Below are positions 9,081-17,104 of a stretch of 20,000 bases of DNA, piece by piece. A program made the position numbers and the translations under genes. The stretch comes from an uncultured virus (IMG/VR IMGVR_UViG_2061766007_000501) (Duplodnaviria; Heunggongvirae; Uroviricota; Caudoviricetes): the IMG/VR virus record IMGVR_UViG_2061766007_000501; one strand, written 5' to 3'. The notes below the pieces were generated by a model. The model ran no database searches. It was not told where the DNA came from and saw nothing but the letters and a program-made list of their open reading frames with translations. Position 1 is the stretch's first letter. Each line of letters begins with the position of its first letter.

Positions 9081-9101
9081 GCAAAGATACACATTATTTT
9101 T

Positions 9102-9335
9102 ATGAAAGCAATAGAAGTGGTCAGAATTATGGCCATCGGTATGAAAATTCTGTCAGAAGCTGACATTAAAACGAATGATTACCGCTACATCCAGCTGTAT
9201 GATGAGTATCTGAAACTCAGGCGTGAGGGTAATAAATACGACTATGTTATTACCGTTCTTTCTGAGCGGTACAAGTTGAGCCAAAGCACCGTCAGCAGGC
9301 TGATACGCAGGCTTGGCAAGGCTGTCAAAACGTGA
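9102..9335 (+). CDS. Small HTH DNA-binding protein, putative transcriptional regulator
   Basis: YVITVLSERYKLSQSTVSRLIRRL is an HTH-like C-terminus; resembles a common ~75-aa Bacteroidales family. Confidence 0.75.
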   Translation: MKAIEVVRIMAIGMKILSEADIKTNDYRYIQLYDEYLKLRREGNKYDYVITVLSERYKLSQSTVSRLIRRLGKAVKT

Positions 9336-9388
9336 CATAACGAATGACCCTAATCATTTCTTAACGTATATATTAAGCCGTAACTTTG
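9323..9388 (+). promoter_or_regulatory. Palindrome TGTCA-N5-TGACA plus TAACTTTG -7 box upstream of the Gly-rich operon
   Basis: tgtcaaaacgtgaca at 9323-9337; taactttg at 9381-9388. Confidence 0.5.
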
Positions 9389-9454
9389 GGCTATGGTTAT
9401 TGCGCAATGCCATTAATGTAATCAAAAAGTTAAACCAATTAAAAATTACAACGT

Positions 9455-10411
9455 ATGGCAACAGAAGTTATTTCTATTCCCGAAAATGGAGCAGGCGGCA
9501 GCAACACCGTACCTGCATGGTATCCTGCCATGATGAACGGAGGCCTGGGCGGTGGTCTTGGCCTTGGCGGTTGGGGTGGCGGCATCCTGGGTTTCCTCAT
9601 TGGATTGATGTTTGGTAACAACGGCTTTGGCGGTGGCTTGTTTGGCGGTGGCTATCGTAACAATGCAGCAGGCACTGCCTATCTTGGCAACATGATCAGC
9701 AACGACAATGGACGTGATTTGCTGATGCAGGCAATCAACAATAGCGGGGAGCGCAGCACGCAAGCTGTGCAGCAGCTCTCAACCATGATTGGTCAGGACT
9801 TCAATCTGGTGAACGGTGCCGTGCAGAACCTGCAGACTGCCTTGAACCAGGTGGCGAATGCGCAAGGCATCAATGCTCTGCAGGTCATCAACGCCATCCA
9901 GGCAGGCAACGCAAGCCTGGCAAGCCAGTTTGCTCAGTGCTGCTGCGAGAACCGTCTAGGCATGTGTCAGCAGACCAATGCCATCAACCAGGGCTTTGCC
10001 GGCGTACAGCAGAGCATAGCAGCCAAGAGTGCAGCAGACCAGTTATCAACTTGCCAGCAGACATACGCTCTGACCGACACCATGAACCGCAACTATCTTG
10101 CTCTTGACAACAAGATCGATGCGATGGAGTCAAGCCGCAAAGACCGTGAGTTGGCAGCCAAGGATGCGGAAATCGCAACTCTGAAATCACAGAACTTCAC
10201 GGCAGGCATCGTGCAGCAGGCAGTGGCTCCTATCAACGCACAGCTGGCTGGCCTTGCCAAGGAGGTGGATGACATCAAGTGCAAGCAGCCTTCAACGGTA
10301 AGCGTGCAGTATCCCAACCTTGTGGCTATGAACGCTACCCCTTATGTAAGCGGTGGCTTCTATCCCAACGGCAACGGCTTCAGTGGCTGGGGTGGTAACG
10401 TGGTGTTCTGA
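9455..10411 (+). CDS. Gly-rich hydrophobic N-terminus / coiled-coil 'CCC' phage protein, function unknown
   Basis: GGLGGGLGLGGWGGGILGFLIGLMFGNNGFGGG segment, long Q/N/A heptads, AQCCCENR, DDIKCKQP. Confidence 0.85.
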   Translation: MATEVISIPENGAGGSNTVPAWYPAMMNGGLGGGLGLGGWGGGILGFLIGLMFGNNGFGGGLFGGGYRNNAAGTAYLGNMISNDNGRDLLMQAINNSGERSTQAVQQLSTMIGQDFNLVNGAVQNLQTALNQVANAQGINALQVINAIQAGNASLASQFAQCCCENRLGMCQQTNAINQGFAGVQQSIAAKSAADQLSTCQQTYALTDTMNRNYLALDNKIDAMESSRKDRELAAKDAEIATLKSQNFTAGIVQQAVAPINAQLAGLAKEVDDIKCKQPSTVSVQYPNLVAMNATPYVSGGFYPNGNGFSGWGGNVVF

Positions 10412-10417
10412 TAAAGC

Positions 10418-10774
10418 ATGAGGAGGACGGATATGGGATGCTTTAGCATAACTACCAATGCAGGTGGAGTGCCTTACCTGACCACGACAAACATCACCGT
10501 GTCTGCCACGGCTGTTGACTTTGCCCTGGGATGGATGCGCAGGCAACTGCCACCTGTGGGCTACCTGACAATCAGGATAGCCAACGAGATACCTACCGGC
10601 ACTACTGCCACATTACCCATTACCATCACGCTGAATGGCGTTACACGTGCATTGACATTGTATGACGGGACAGCCGTTACCGTAGCCGACCTGATAGGCG
10701 GTACTGGAGTGATAACAGTGTTCAATGACCGTTTCAACGGCATTCTTCAGCTGATGTCACAGGGTGTGGCATAA
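10418..10774 (+). CDS. Hypothetical Thr/Val-rich beta-strand protein
   Basis: 118-aa ORF starting 6 nt after the previous stop; beta-rich composition; start may be the second Met. Confidence 0.8.
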   Translation: MRRTDMGCFSITTNAGGVPYLTTTNITVSATAVDFALGWMRRQLPPVGYLTIRIANEIPTGTTATLPITITLNGVTRALTLYDGTAVTVADLIGGTGVITVFNDRFNGILQLMSQGVA

Positions 10775-10810
10775 TGCAGTTTATTATACAATCATTAAAA
10801 ACTAAAGCTT

Positions 10811-11323
10811 ATGTTTTCAACGTTACAAAAAGGCACACTGATTTACGTGCTTGACAGACGGGGTGATGACCCTGTGCTAAAGCAGGGATTGCTGGCTGAG
10901 GATGCCATGAAATTGGCACCCAACCTTACACAACCCCTGCAGATGGGCATGATGCCAGAGCAGCTTGTAAAGCTGACGATGGAATCCGCTAACGGTGACA
11001 AGATGGAGCTGACAAGTCTCCCTGGTAGCCAGAACACATTTACATATCCAGATGGTAAGATTACGGTGACAGAAAGCCATGATGCTATACAGGGCATTAT
11101 CAGTGGCTTGAAACGCCAAAGTGACGAAGTGGTGAACGGATACGATAGGCACCTGCATCTGAGTGATGTCTATAAGAACATGCTCATGGACTTGAACCCC
11201 GAATATCGCAAGAATGAGGAGCGTGACCGTGAGATGGAGTCACTGAAAAGTGATGTGAACGAAATGAAGGGCATGATGAAGCAGTTGCTTGCTATGAACG
11301 GTGGAAGCGTAGGTGGTAAATAA
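10811..11323 (+). CDS. Hypothetical protein with C-terminal coiled coil
   Basis: MFSTLQKGTLIYVLDR...LNPEYRKNEERDREMESLKSDVNEMKGMMKQLL; AT-rich translation initiation region. Confidence 0.8.
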   Translation: MFSTLQKGTLIYVLDRRGDDPVLKQGLLAEDAMKLAPNLTQPLQMGMMPEQLVKLTMESANGDKMELTSLPGSQNTFTYPDGKITVTESHDAIQGIISGLKRQSDEVVNGYDRHLHLSDVYKNMLMDLNPEYRKNEERDREMESLKSDVNEMKGMMKQLLAMNGGSVGGK

Positions 11324-11335
11324 AGAACAAGCAAT

Positions 11336-11650
11336 ATGGCAAGATATTTGATTATATCGTCTGACAACGAAGACCAGAAGATCAAGGATGCGCTGGCGAG
11401 TATAGGCGCAGAAGAAGCTGGGATGCGCAGCGGGATGCGCAGCGGCTATCGCCGTGACAGCAGGGGCTATCCTATGGATGTGACCAATCTGCGCAGCGGG
11501 ATGCGTGGCAACTATCACGACAACCAGCAGGAGATTGATGCTTTGGAGGAGCAGATTCAGGAACTGAAGATGCGTAAGAAGCAACTGGAACATTCGGAAG
11601 AGGGTATGCGCCAGATGGGTGGTGCATACGGCCCCTATCCACAGTGGTAA
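11336..11650 (+). CDS. Low-complexity hypothetical protein with MRSG repeats and coiled coil
   Basis: GMRSGMRSGYR..LRSGMRG, encoded by gcgcagcgggatgcg repeats. Confidence 0.75.
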   Translation: MARYLIISSDNEDQKIKDALASIGAEEAGMRSGMRSGYRRDSRGYPMDVTNLRSGMRGNYHDNQQEIDALEEQIQELKMRKKQLEHSEEGMRQMGGAYGPYPQW

Positions 11651-11660
11651 TTGTGAAGTG

Positions 11661-11692
11661 GGTTTGCGGTGGAGATATCTTCATCGCAAACC
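11661..11692 (+). other. Intra-operon stem-loop
   Basis: ggtttgcggtggag-atat-cttcatcgcaaacc. Confidence 0.55.
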
Positions 11693-11733
11693 ATTTCCAG
11701 TATTTAACTTGAAAAATAGAAAGGAGTGCCGAT

Positions 11734-12156
11734 ATGTGTATGTGTAATGTGATAACTAGATTCCCTGCTGACATGCTTTCGTATATCAATGCCTATGGCT
11801 TGCACTTCAACAAGCCGCTTTGCGAATTTGCCGTAAAGAACATGCGTAAGAAGGACGTTAGCGGCAAGCCGATTGAGATAACTCCCGTCACCCGTGAGCA
11901 GTTGAGCATCATGATGAAAGAGGCTGGCTTTGCTCTTAACGACAAGAACGTTGTGTGGGATGGCGTGTATCTGGCCAATATGTGCCTTGCGGACTATATG
12001 GGTGGAGCCATTGCGGACAACCGTCACCTGGCGATGTTTGTCAAGCAGACACTGGATGACCCTGATGGCTGTGAGGGGCAGACATTCAACCGCTGGTATG
12101 CAGACATGTGTTTGGCTGGCAAGCAGCAGTATATTGACTGGGAAGAGATGATTTGA
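11734..12156 (+). CDS. Conserved phage hypothetical protein (YGxHFNKxLCEFAV family)
   Basis: YINAYGLHFNKPLCEFAVKNM..DGVYLANMCLADY..LDDPDG..FNRWYAD..IDWEEMI. Confidence 0.8.
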   Translation: MCMCNVITRFPADMLSYINAYGLHFNKPLCEFAVKNMRKKDVSGKPIEITPVTREQLSIMMKEAGFALNDKNVVWDGVYLANMCLADYMGGAIADNRHLAMFVKQTLDDPDGCEGQTFNRWYADMCLAGKQQYIDWEEMI

Positions 12157-12157
12157 A

Positions 12158-12529
12158 ATGCGTAGGCAGGACTTCACCATAACAGATACAGGATGGTGGA
12201 TAACCGTATTCCACGGTGCCACACCTGACAAGCTTGGTGAGGTGGCTGCCTCGCTGATTGATGCTGGCGAAGGTACCAGAAAAACCGCTGAGGCTATATG
12301 GGTGCTGCAAAAGCCTAACACAGGCTACACCTATACAAACTTCGATAACAAGAGGGGGGTGTCCGTTATCGGCAGGGCAACATCTGACAGGCAATACGCA
12401 AATACGTTCACCCATGAGCTAAAGCATATAGTGGAACACCTATCAACCTATTATGGAGTTGACCCGAAGAGCGAGCAAGCAGGCTATCTGCAAGGATATA
12501 TAGGTGCAAGGATGCTGACTTTTTATTAA
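12158..12529 (+). CDS. Small zincin-like metallopeptidase (HExxH)
   Basis: TFTHELKHIVEH followed by SEQAGYLQGYI (third-ligand Glu). Confidence 0.75.
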   Translation: MRRQDFTITDTGWWITVFHGATPDKLGEVAASLIDAGEGTRKTAEAIWVLQKPNTGYTYTNFDNKRGVSVIGRATSDRQYANTFTHELKHIVEHLSTYYGVDPKSEQAGYLQGYIGARMLTFY

Positions 12530-12637
12530 ATCATAAATGAAGAGGAAAAATAAAAACATAGTATTGATGAGCGATGAGGCTCTTTCTGTATTGTTATGCA
12601 ATATGGACGGATGCACCGATTATGTGTTCAACAAGTT

Positions 12638-13069
12638 TCAATGTATTTCCAGGGTAACGGTCTCGCCACGTTTGATGGCTGCCTCAATCATGCCGTTGAG
12701 ACGATAGGTGTAGAGCTTGCTGGCCGTGATGGACTGACCACTATGCCATTGCCCGTACATGATACATCCTTCGGTGTCCTTGTCGCTATTGCCTGGGTGG
12801 AAGCGTATGCCTGAGTAACCTGGCACATTCTCAACCAGAGGCAAGTCCTTTCTGAACTTTTTTGACCAAGTAAAAACAACATTGTAGGTGCCAGTGGGTA
12901 TGGCTGTGGCACCCTTGACTTTGATGGCCATGATTTCCTTCAAGGGCATGTCTTGACGTAATCCCCTGTCCCTGTCTTCCAAGGAATAGCCAAAGAAACT
13001 ACCATTGACATATACCTCACTGATGGTACAATTGTCTAATTTGTTGAGGCGCAGGATAATAATTTTCAT
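12638..13069 (-). CDS. DUF5675-type (L,D-transpeptidase-like) putative endolysin
   Basis: SLEDRDRGL..TAIPTGTYNV..PLVENVPGYSGIRFHPGNSDKDTEGCI with H/C catalytic-type motif. Start re-assigned to ATG 13069 (MKIIILR). Confidence 0.8.
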   Translation of the reverse strand: MKIIILRLNKLDNCTISEVYVNGSFFGYSLEDRDRGLRQDMPLKEIMAIKVKGATAIPTGTYNVVFTWSKKFRKDLPLVENVPGYSGIRFHPGNSDKDTEGCIMYGQWHSGQSITASKLYTYRLNGMIEAAIKRGETVTLEIH

Positions 13070-13070
13070 G

Positions 13071-13394
13071 TTACAGGTATTGTGTCCACGTATAATGCCT
13101 GCGTGCATCAATGTAGGCAAGATTGTACATATTGTAGTAGGCTTCCTTCTCTAAAGAAATATTGTAGTAAGCTTGCCTGGCATTGCCGCACTGGATAAGA
13201 CGGACAAGCCATTCGATGGCGTACCAGAGATAGAAGAAGATGTAAAGCATTTCCATTGCCTGACGCTGGTGGATGCTCTCATGGTTGATAGAGTATGCCG
13301 TTAGCCTTGCTCCTTTGCGTATAAAGAGTATGCCCAGCAGGTACATACACGCAAAGCCTTTGAATGGAATGTATTTGTTGACAAATTGGATCAT
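13071..13394 (-). CDS. HExxH-containing membrane-associated protein in the lysis module
   Basis: INHESIHQRQAMEMLYIFFYLWYAIEWL..AYYNISLEKEAY; ATGA overlap with the upstream gene. Confidence 0.75.
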   Translation of the reverse strand: MIQFVNKYIPFKGFACMYLLGILFIRKGARLTAYSINHESIHQRQAMEMLYIFFYLWYAIEWLVRLIQCGNARQAYYNISLEKEAYYNMYNLAYIDARRHYTWTQYL

Positions 13395-13657
13395 GGCTGC
13401 TGTGGTTGCCGTGAACGTCTTAGCTCGTTCTCATATTCACGTTTCAGTTCCTGTTTGAACTCCGTCAGGTCGTGTTTGAAATAGCTGGCTATGCCGAAGA
13501 TGGCAAGCCCTGAGCCGAATGCCTCACCTACGTATGTCAGCACTCCTGCCCCGATGGTGTAGGTGAGGATGAAACTTACGAATGCCAGTATGATGGCACT
13601 GGCTATCATAACCACGGCTGTGCTGTATTGGATGACTTCTTTAGTATGCGCTTTCAT
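13391..13657 (-). CDS. Putative holin (two TM segments, charged C-terminal tail)
   Basis: YSTAVVMIASAIILAFVSFIL and GVLTYVGEAFGSGLAIFGIASYF, then KHDLTEFKQELKREYENELRR; lies upstream of the endolysin-like gene. Confidence 0.65.
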   Translation of the reverse strand: MKAHTKEVIQYSTAVVMIASAIILAFVSFILTYTIGAGVLTYVGEAFGSGLAIFGIASYFKHDLTEFKQELKREYENELRRSRQPQQP

Positions 13658-13689
13658 TGTAAATTGTTTTTATTGCCACAAATCTGTTG

Positions 13690-13733
13690 TAAAGGTAGCG
13701 ATGATATTGCTGAGGCTGTTGTTATCCATTAAC
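13690..13733 (-). promoter_or_regulatory. Putative phage promoter GTTAAyGGATAA-N24-TAnCTTT for the lysis module
   Basis: Minus strand gttaatggataa (13722-13733), 24 nt, taccttta (13690-13697). Confidence 0.55.
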
Positions 13734-13736
13734 CAA

Positions 13737-13776
13737 GAAAAAAAACTGCCATCTATCCTCACGGACTGATGGCAGC
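13737..13776 (-). terminator. Intrinsic terminator of the minus-strand accessory operon
   Basis: ctgccatc..gatggcag stem followed by a T-tract on the minus strand. Confidence 0.75.
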
Positions 13777-13825
13777 AAGGCTTAAATGATCAAAAAAAAA
13801 GAATGTGTATTGCTGTAGGTTGAGG

Positions 13826-14230
13826 CTACCGTTTTGGCGGCAGCATGAGCCAGGCTGTTCGCCCATCGGGCAGTTCGTGGGGTATCACGCGCAACCGGAT
13901 GGGTTCGTTGGGTAGCATCATGTCATAGAGTATGCGACTGACGGTTGGCACCAATGTCTCGAAGCCCACGCAACGATGCTTGGTGTTGTACATGATTTCT
14001 GCAACAGGCGTATGGCTGTCCTTCGGCAAGGGTGGGTTCAACTCAAAGCCATATATGTCACCACAGACTGAATTAGCCACAAAAAACACTATCACCTTAG
14101 CCTCTTTACCTTGCATCACACCCAACTTTGCAAAGAGTTTCTTTGACAGTGTGATACTGGTGTCATTGGGGTCTAAGTCCGCATACAGACCCCTGTACTT
14201 GAATCGATGGATTAATTCTTTAATGTTCAT
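13826..14230 (-). CDS. Hypothetical phage protein (134 aa)
   Basis: Start re-assigned to ATG 14230 (MNIKELIH), which follows a GGAGG site and avoids overlap with 14244..14492. Confidence 0.75.
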   Translation of the reverse strand: MNIKELIHRFKYRGLYADLDPNDTSITLSKKLFAKLGVMQGKEAKVIVFFVANSVCGDIYGFELNPPLPKDSHTPVAEIMYNTKHRCVGFETLVPTVSRILYDMMLPNEPIRLRVIPHELPDGRTAWLMLPPKR

Positions 14231-14243
14231 ATTATATCCTCCT

Positions 14244-14492
14244 TCATTTAGCAACGCTGATATCAGGGTAGCGGCACACATATTTCTTCCTGCTGCGGAA
14301 GCTGATTGTCTCGACATGCAGGAAGCTGGCAGTTGTCTCGATGCTGAGGCGATGCTGCTCTGCCTGCTCACGGCTATTGAAGATAAAATTACAGAGCTCG
14401 CAGCGGTTGGTGCCACGGCTGTTGACTATGTTGGCATAGTACTTATCGCCTAATACAAAGGCGATGATCTTAGTGATTAATGACTGTTTCAT
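14244..14492 (-). CDS. Hypothetical phage protein
   Basis: 82 aa; ATGA overlap with the upstream gene. Confidence 0.75.
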   Translation of the reverse strand: MKQSLITKIIAFVLGDKYYANIVNSRGTNRCELCNFIFNSREQAEQHRLSIETTASFLHVETISFRSRKKYVCRYPDISVAK

Positions 14493-15160
14493 TTTTCTTT
14501 ATCGTTTATTAGTTCGTTATCAAAAAGGGGTAGGGGCTGCACCTGGGCAAAAGGATTTGCATCAAGCTGCTCCAGTATTTCCACCAGCGGTCTCACTTCA
14601 CCCATAAACTTAAGTCGGTTATTGAGCAGTTGTACGCACGTTGTGCGGTCACGGTGGATAAGGTTGCCAATGGTGAGGAAATCCAGCTTTGCCGTGCTCC
14701 AGAGGTAAATCAGTACGGCAAGCCTGCGGTTACACGTGTATCTGTCACGCCTGCGACCTGACAGATCACCGACCGTTGTCTTTAACGCCTTAGCAGCAAC
14801 TGCCAGCCAGCTGACATAGGGATTTTGCAGGGGTAGGTTGTACTTGGCGAAACATTCAAACCTGATGTCCTTCTCTGTTGCCAGTGCCACCTGCAGCTCA
14901 TACCTGCATCCATGTGACTTTTCCCATCCATTGAGGAAATAGATGATGTCACACCCCAACAGATGAGGCAGATCCTGGCGCATGTACTGGCCGTGACTGC
15001 TTCCTTCAGGCAGTTGCAATGAGCAGGGGTTATAAACATCATAGCCTTCAGCCTCCAGCTGCCTTTGCACGGCACAGAAGCGTTGCCACACTTCACGATA
15101 GGGGAGCCCCGTCATGGCTCCAGACATGTACACTTTGTTGTGTTTAAGTTCTTTTTTCAT
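14489..15160 (-). CDS. DUF4406 (nucleoside deoxyribosyltransferase-like) domain fused to a DnaA-C-terminal-like HTH
   Basis: KVYMSGAMTG..VYNP..YMRQDLPHLLGCDIIYFLNGWEKSHGCRYELQVA (DUF4406). LSGRRRDR..RRLAVLIYL..IGNLIHRDRTTC (DnaA domain IV-like). Confidence 0.8.
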   Translation of the reverse strand: MKKELKHNKVYMSGAMTGLPYREVWQRFCAVQRQLEAEGYDVYNPCSLQLPEGSSHGQYMRQDLPHLLGCDIIYFLNGWEKSHGCRYELQVALATEKDIRFECFAKYNLPLQNPYVSWLAVAAKALKTTVGDLSGRRRDRYTCNRRLAVLIYLWSTAKLDFLTIGNLIHRDRTTCVQLLNNRLKFMGEVRPLVEILEQLDANPFAQVQPLPLFDNELINDKEK

Positions 15161-15365
15161 GGTCTAAATAAAAGTTTTTCATTATATTCTCTTTCAGTTC
15201 CAGGTTATTCCTGGATTTATTAAATATGGCTTGCAACTCTGCAACAGCCTGCATATAGCCCTGTGTATAAACATTGGCAGATGTTGTGCCTGGCTCAATG
15301 TTGGCAGCCCAGTAAGCCGCCAAAGCCTTCTTCTTGATTCTTTGTTCGACTAACACCTCTCTCAT
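15144..15365 (-). CDS. Hypothetical protein
   Basis: Start re-assigned to ATG 15365 (MREVLVEQ), 1 nt after the upstream stop. Confidence 0.65.
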   Translation of the reverse strand: MREVLVEQRIKKKALAAYWAANIEPGTTSANVYTQGYMQAVAELQAIFNKSRNNLELKENIMKNFYLDHEKRT

Positions 15366-15366
15366 G

Positions 15367-15771
15367 TCAGCACCCCCTCGCGTATGTATTGGATTTCTTC
15401 GCAGCTTTTCGCCCAGCCTTCTTTCTATGTGGATGTTCTTTCTTATAGTCAGCAAGCAGTTCACTCGCTTTCACTCCTTCCTTGATGCGTTTAAGGAACT
15501 CGTCCCTTCCAAGCCAACGATAGACTGGAACAAGCTGCATGAGGCACAGGTCGGCAGGTTCGCCAGCAGGGATAGCTTTTTCCCTGCCAAGTCTATTCGC
15601 TTCAAAAGAACACTCAAATAAGTCCTTGCCCTCCTTGTTGACAATCATATACACATTACCGCCAACACTAATCTGCCCATAGTATCGAGCAAGTGATAAC
15701 GGGCTGTCAACCCAATACTCCTCTGCCATCACAAGCGGATGGATGCTGTCAATGTCTTTCTTGTTGTTCAT
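15367..15771 (-). CDS. Hypothetical phage protein
   Basis: 134 aa, tightly packed in the operon. Confidence 0.75.
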   Translation of the reverse strand: MNNKKDIDSIHPLVMAEEYWVDSPLSLARYYGQISVGGNVYMIVNKEGKDLFECSFEANRLGREKAIPAGEPADLCLMQLVPVYRWLGRDEFLKRIKEGVKASELLADYKKEHPHRKKAGRKAAKKSNTYARGC

Positions 15772-15774
15772 TGT

Positions 15775-16221
15775 TCACCTCCTATTATATCTGAATTTTG
15801 TAAAGTGAATTATCGCCAATGGTGTGGTCAAATCATAACTATGGAACCAGGAACACCAGTCAGTTAGAGACAGTCCATCATTCCTCGCCAAGTCCTTTGT
15901 GCTTATCATTTCGCCATCGACAAATGGGCAAGTTAAATCTTTGCCTCCAAAATAAAGTTTCTGTAACCCTATTCCATCTTTAGATGTCAACCTCGTCAAT
16001 TCGACCTGCTTGCTACGGTATGGCTTACCTGTCCATTGTCTTACACTTAGACAAGCATTGCCAGCTTCAATTTCATCAAATCGTCTCCTCCATAGGTCAT
16101 AATTGGCTCTGATGGTATGCAGCTTTCCTTCAAATAGTGATTCCGCAAATCCCGTTGGTTCTCCTGCCATTGGGTGTAATACAGGAAAAACTCTCGACAA
16201 TGTTATAACATAGATTTTCAT
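15775..16221 (-). CDS. ASCH/PUA-like domain protein
   Basis: EGKLHTIR..LSVRQWTGKPYRSKQ..LARNDGLS..WF..IIHF pattern. Confidence 0.65.
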   Translation of the reverse strand: MKIYVITLSRVFPVLHPMAGEPTGFAESLFEGKLHTIRANYDLWRRRFDEIEAGNACLSVRQWTGKPYRSKQVELTRLTSKDGIGLQKLYFGGKDLTCPFVDGEMISTKDLARNDGLSLTDWCSWFHSYDLTTPLAIIHFTKFRYNRR

Positions 16222-16484
16222 TGTTTACCTCCTTTCACAACTTCCATTATCCTAACCTCAGCCAATGCCTCCAAGAACTTCTCCTTTGTCTTATACACCT
16301 TGCCGTTAATCATATAGTGACGGTAGGATTTTCTTCTTCTGTTAGGTTCCCCGTCCTTGTAAGGAACATGGTCGCAGAAGCCGAACCTCTTATCTTCGCT
16401 GATATAGGTGGTACAATGCTCATCTTCCATGCTTAGATGGCTGACGAAATAAAAGGGAATTTTTTCTAATTCTTCAATTGTCAT
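16218..16484 (-). CDS. Hypothetical protein
   Basis: Start re-assigned to ATG 16484 (MTIEELEKIPF); ATGA overlaps at both ends. Confidence 0.75.
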   Translation of the reverse strand: MTIEELEKIPFYFVSHLSMEDEHCTTYISEDKRFGFCDHVPYKDGEPNRRRKSYRHYMINGKVYKTKEKFLEALAEVRIMEVVKGGKQ

Positions 16485-16678
16485 TGTTCGCCTCCTTTCC
16501 CCCAAACTTCTTCATACAAACTCGGATTTCCCCTCTCTTGCCATCCATCACAACACCCATTGGGAATTGTCTCGTCTGGCAGTTCATGCTGGCATTCCTC
16601 GTATAGTTCACAATTCTCGCAACAAGGCACTGTTTTTCCTTCAAATAATTGCTCATAAAGTGATATTGTCATAATCAT
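16481..16678 (-). CDS. Small Cys-rich protein (CENCELYEEC..CCDGW)
   Basis: 65 aa; translationally coupled to the downstream gene. Confidence 0.7.
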   Translation of the reverse strand: MIMTISLYEQLFEGKTVPCCENCELYEECQHELPDETIPNGCCDGWQERGNPSLYEEVWGKGGEQ

Positions 16679-16683
16679 TCCTC

Positions 16684-17073
16684 CTATATTAAGTTTTCCA
16701 ACACATACTTCAATGCTGCTTCAACAGCTTCTTCATAAGTAGCATAATCGCTATCCTCGTTATAATCTGTATTATCAGAGATGATTTCAAAAGAATAGTG
16801 TTTTTCTTTTTTACCAAATTCTATTGATATGTAAGATAGAAAGATGTTAGCATCAATACCTTTCTCTCTCAGCCAAGCTATTGCCATCTGATGAGTCGGG
16901 GCAACTATACGATTATAAAGATACTCATGACTTGATAGTGTTTCATTAGTCGCCTTCCATTGGTTTCTTCGTATCTCACCATTGGGGTCATATACTTGAT
17001 AAGTACAACAATCAAAACCTTTTTCCTTGAGTAGCTTTGCTACTTCATAGGAGCAATACGCTTCTTGTATCAT
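16684..17073 (-). CDS. Hypothetical phage protein (AKLLKEKGF..PTHQMAIAWLRE family)
   Basis: 129 aa; motif pattern common in Bacteroidales phages. Confidence 0.8.
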   Translation of the reverse strand: MIQEAYCSYEVAKLLKEKGFDCCTYQVYDPNGEIRRNQWKATNETLSSHEYLYNRIVAPTHQMAIAWLREKGIDANIFLSYISIEFGKKEKHYSFEIISDNTDYNEDSDYATYEEAVEAALKYVLENLI

Positions 17074-17104
17074 AATTATTTCTCCTTATATTTACTCTGA
17101 CTTC

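Noticed and set aside
11420..11506. gcgcagcgggatgcg repeats as a regulatory or mobile repeat
   Set aside because: They are in-frame 12-nt units explained by the MRSG peptide repeats.
14231..14416. N-terminal extension of the 196-aa ORF, and similar extensions at 13070-13120, 15366-15464 and 16485-16505
   Set aside because: They overlap better-supported upstream genes; internal ATGs give tight operon packing.
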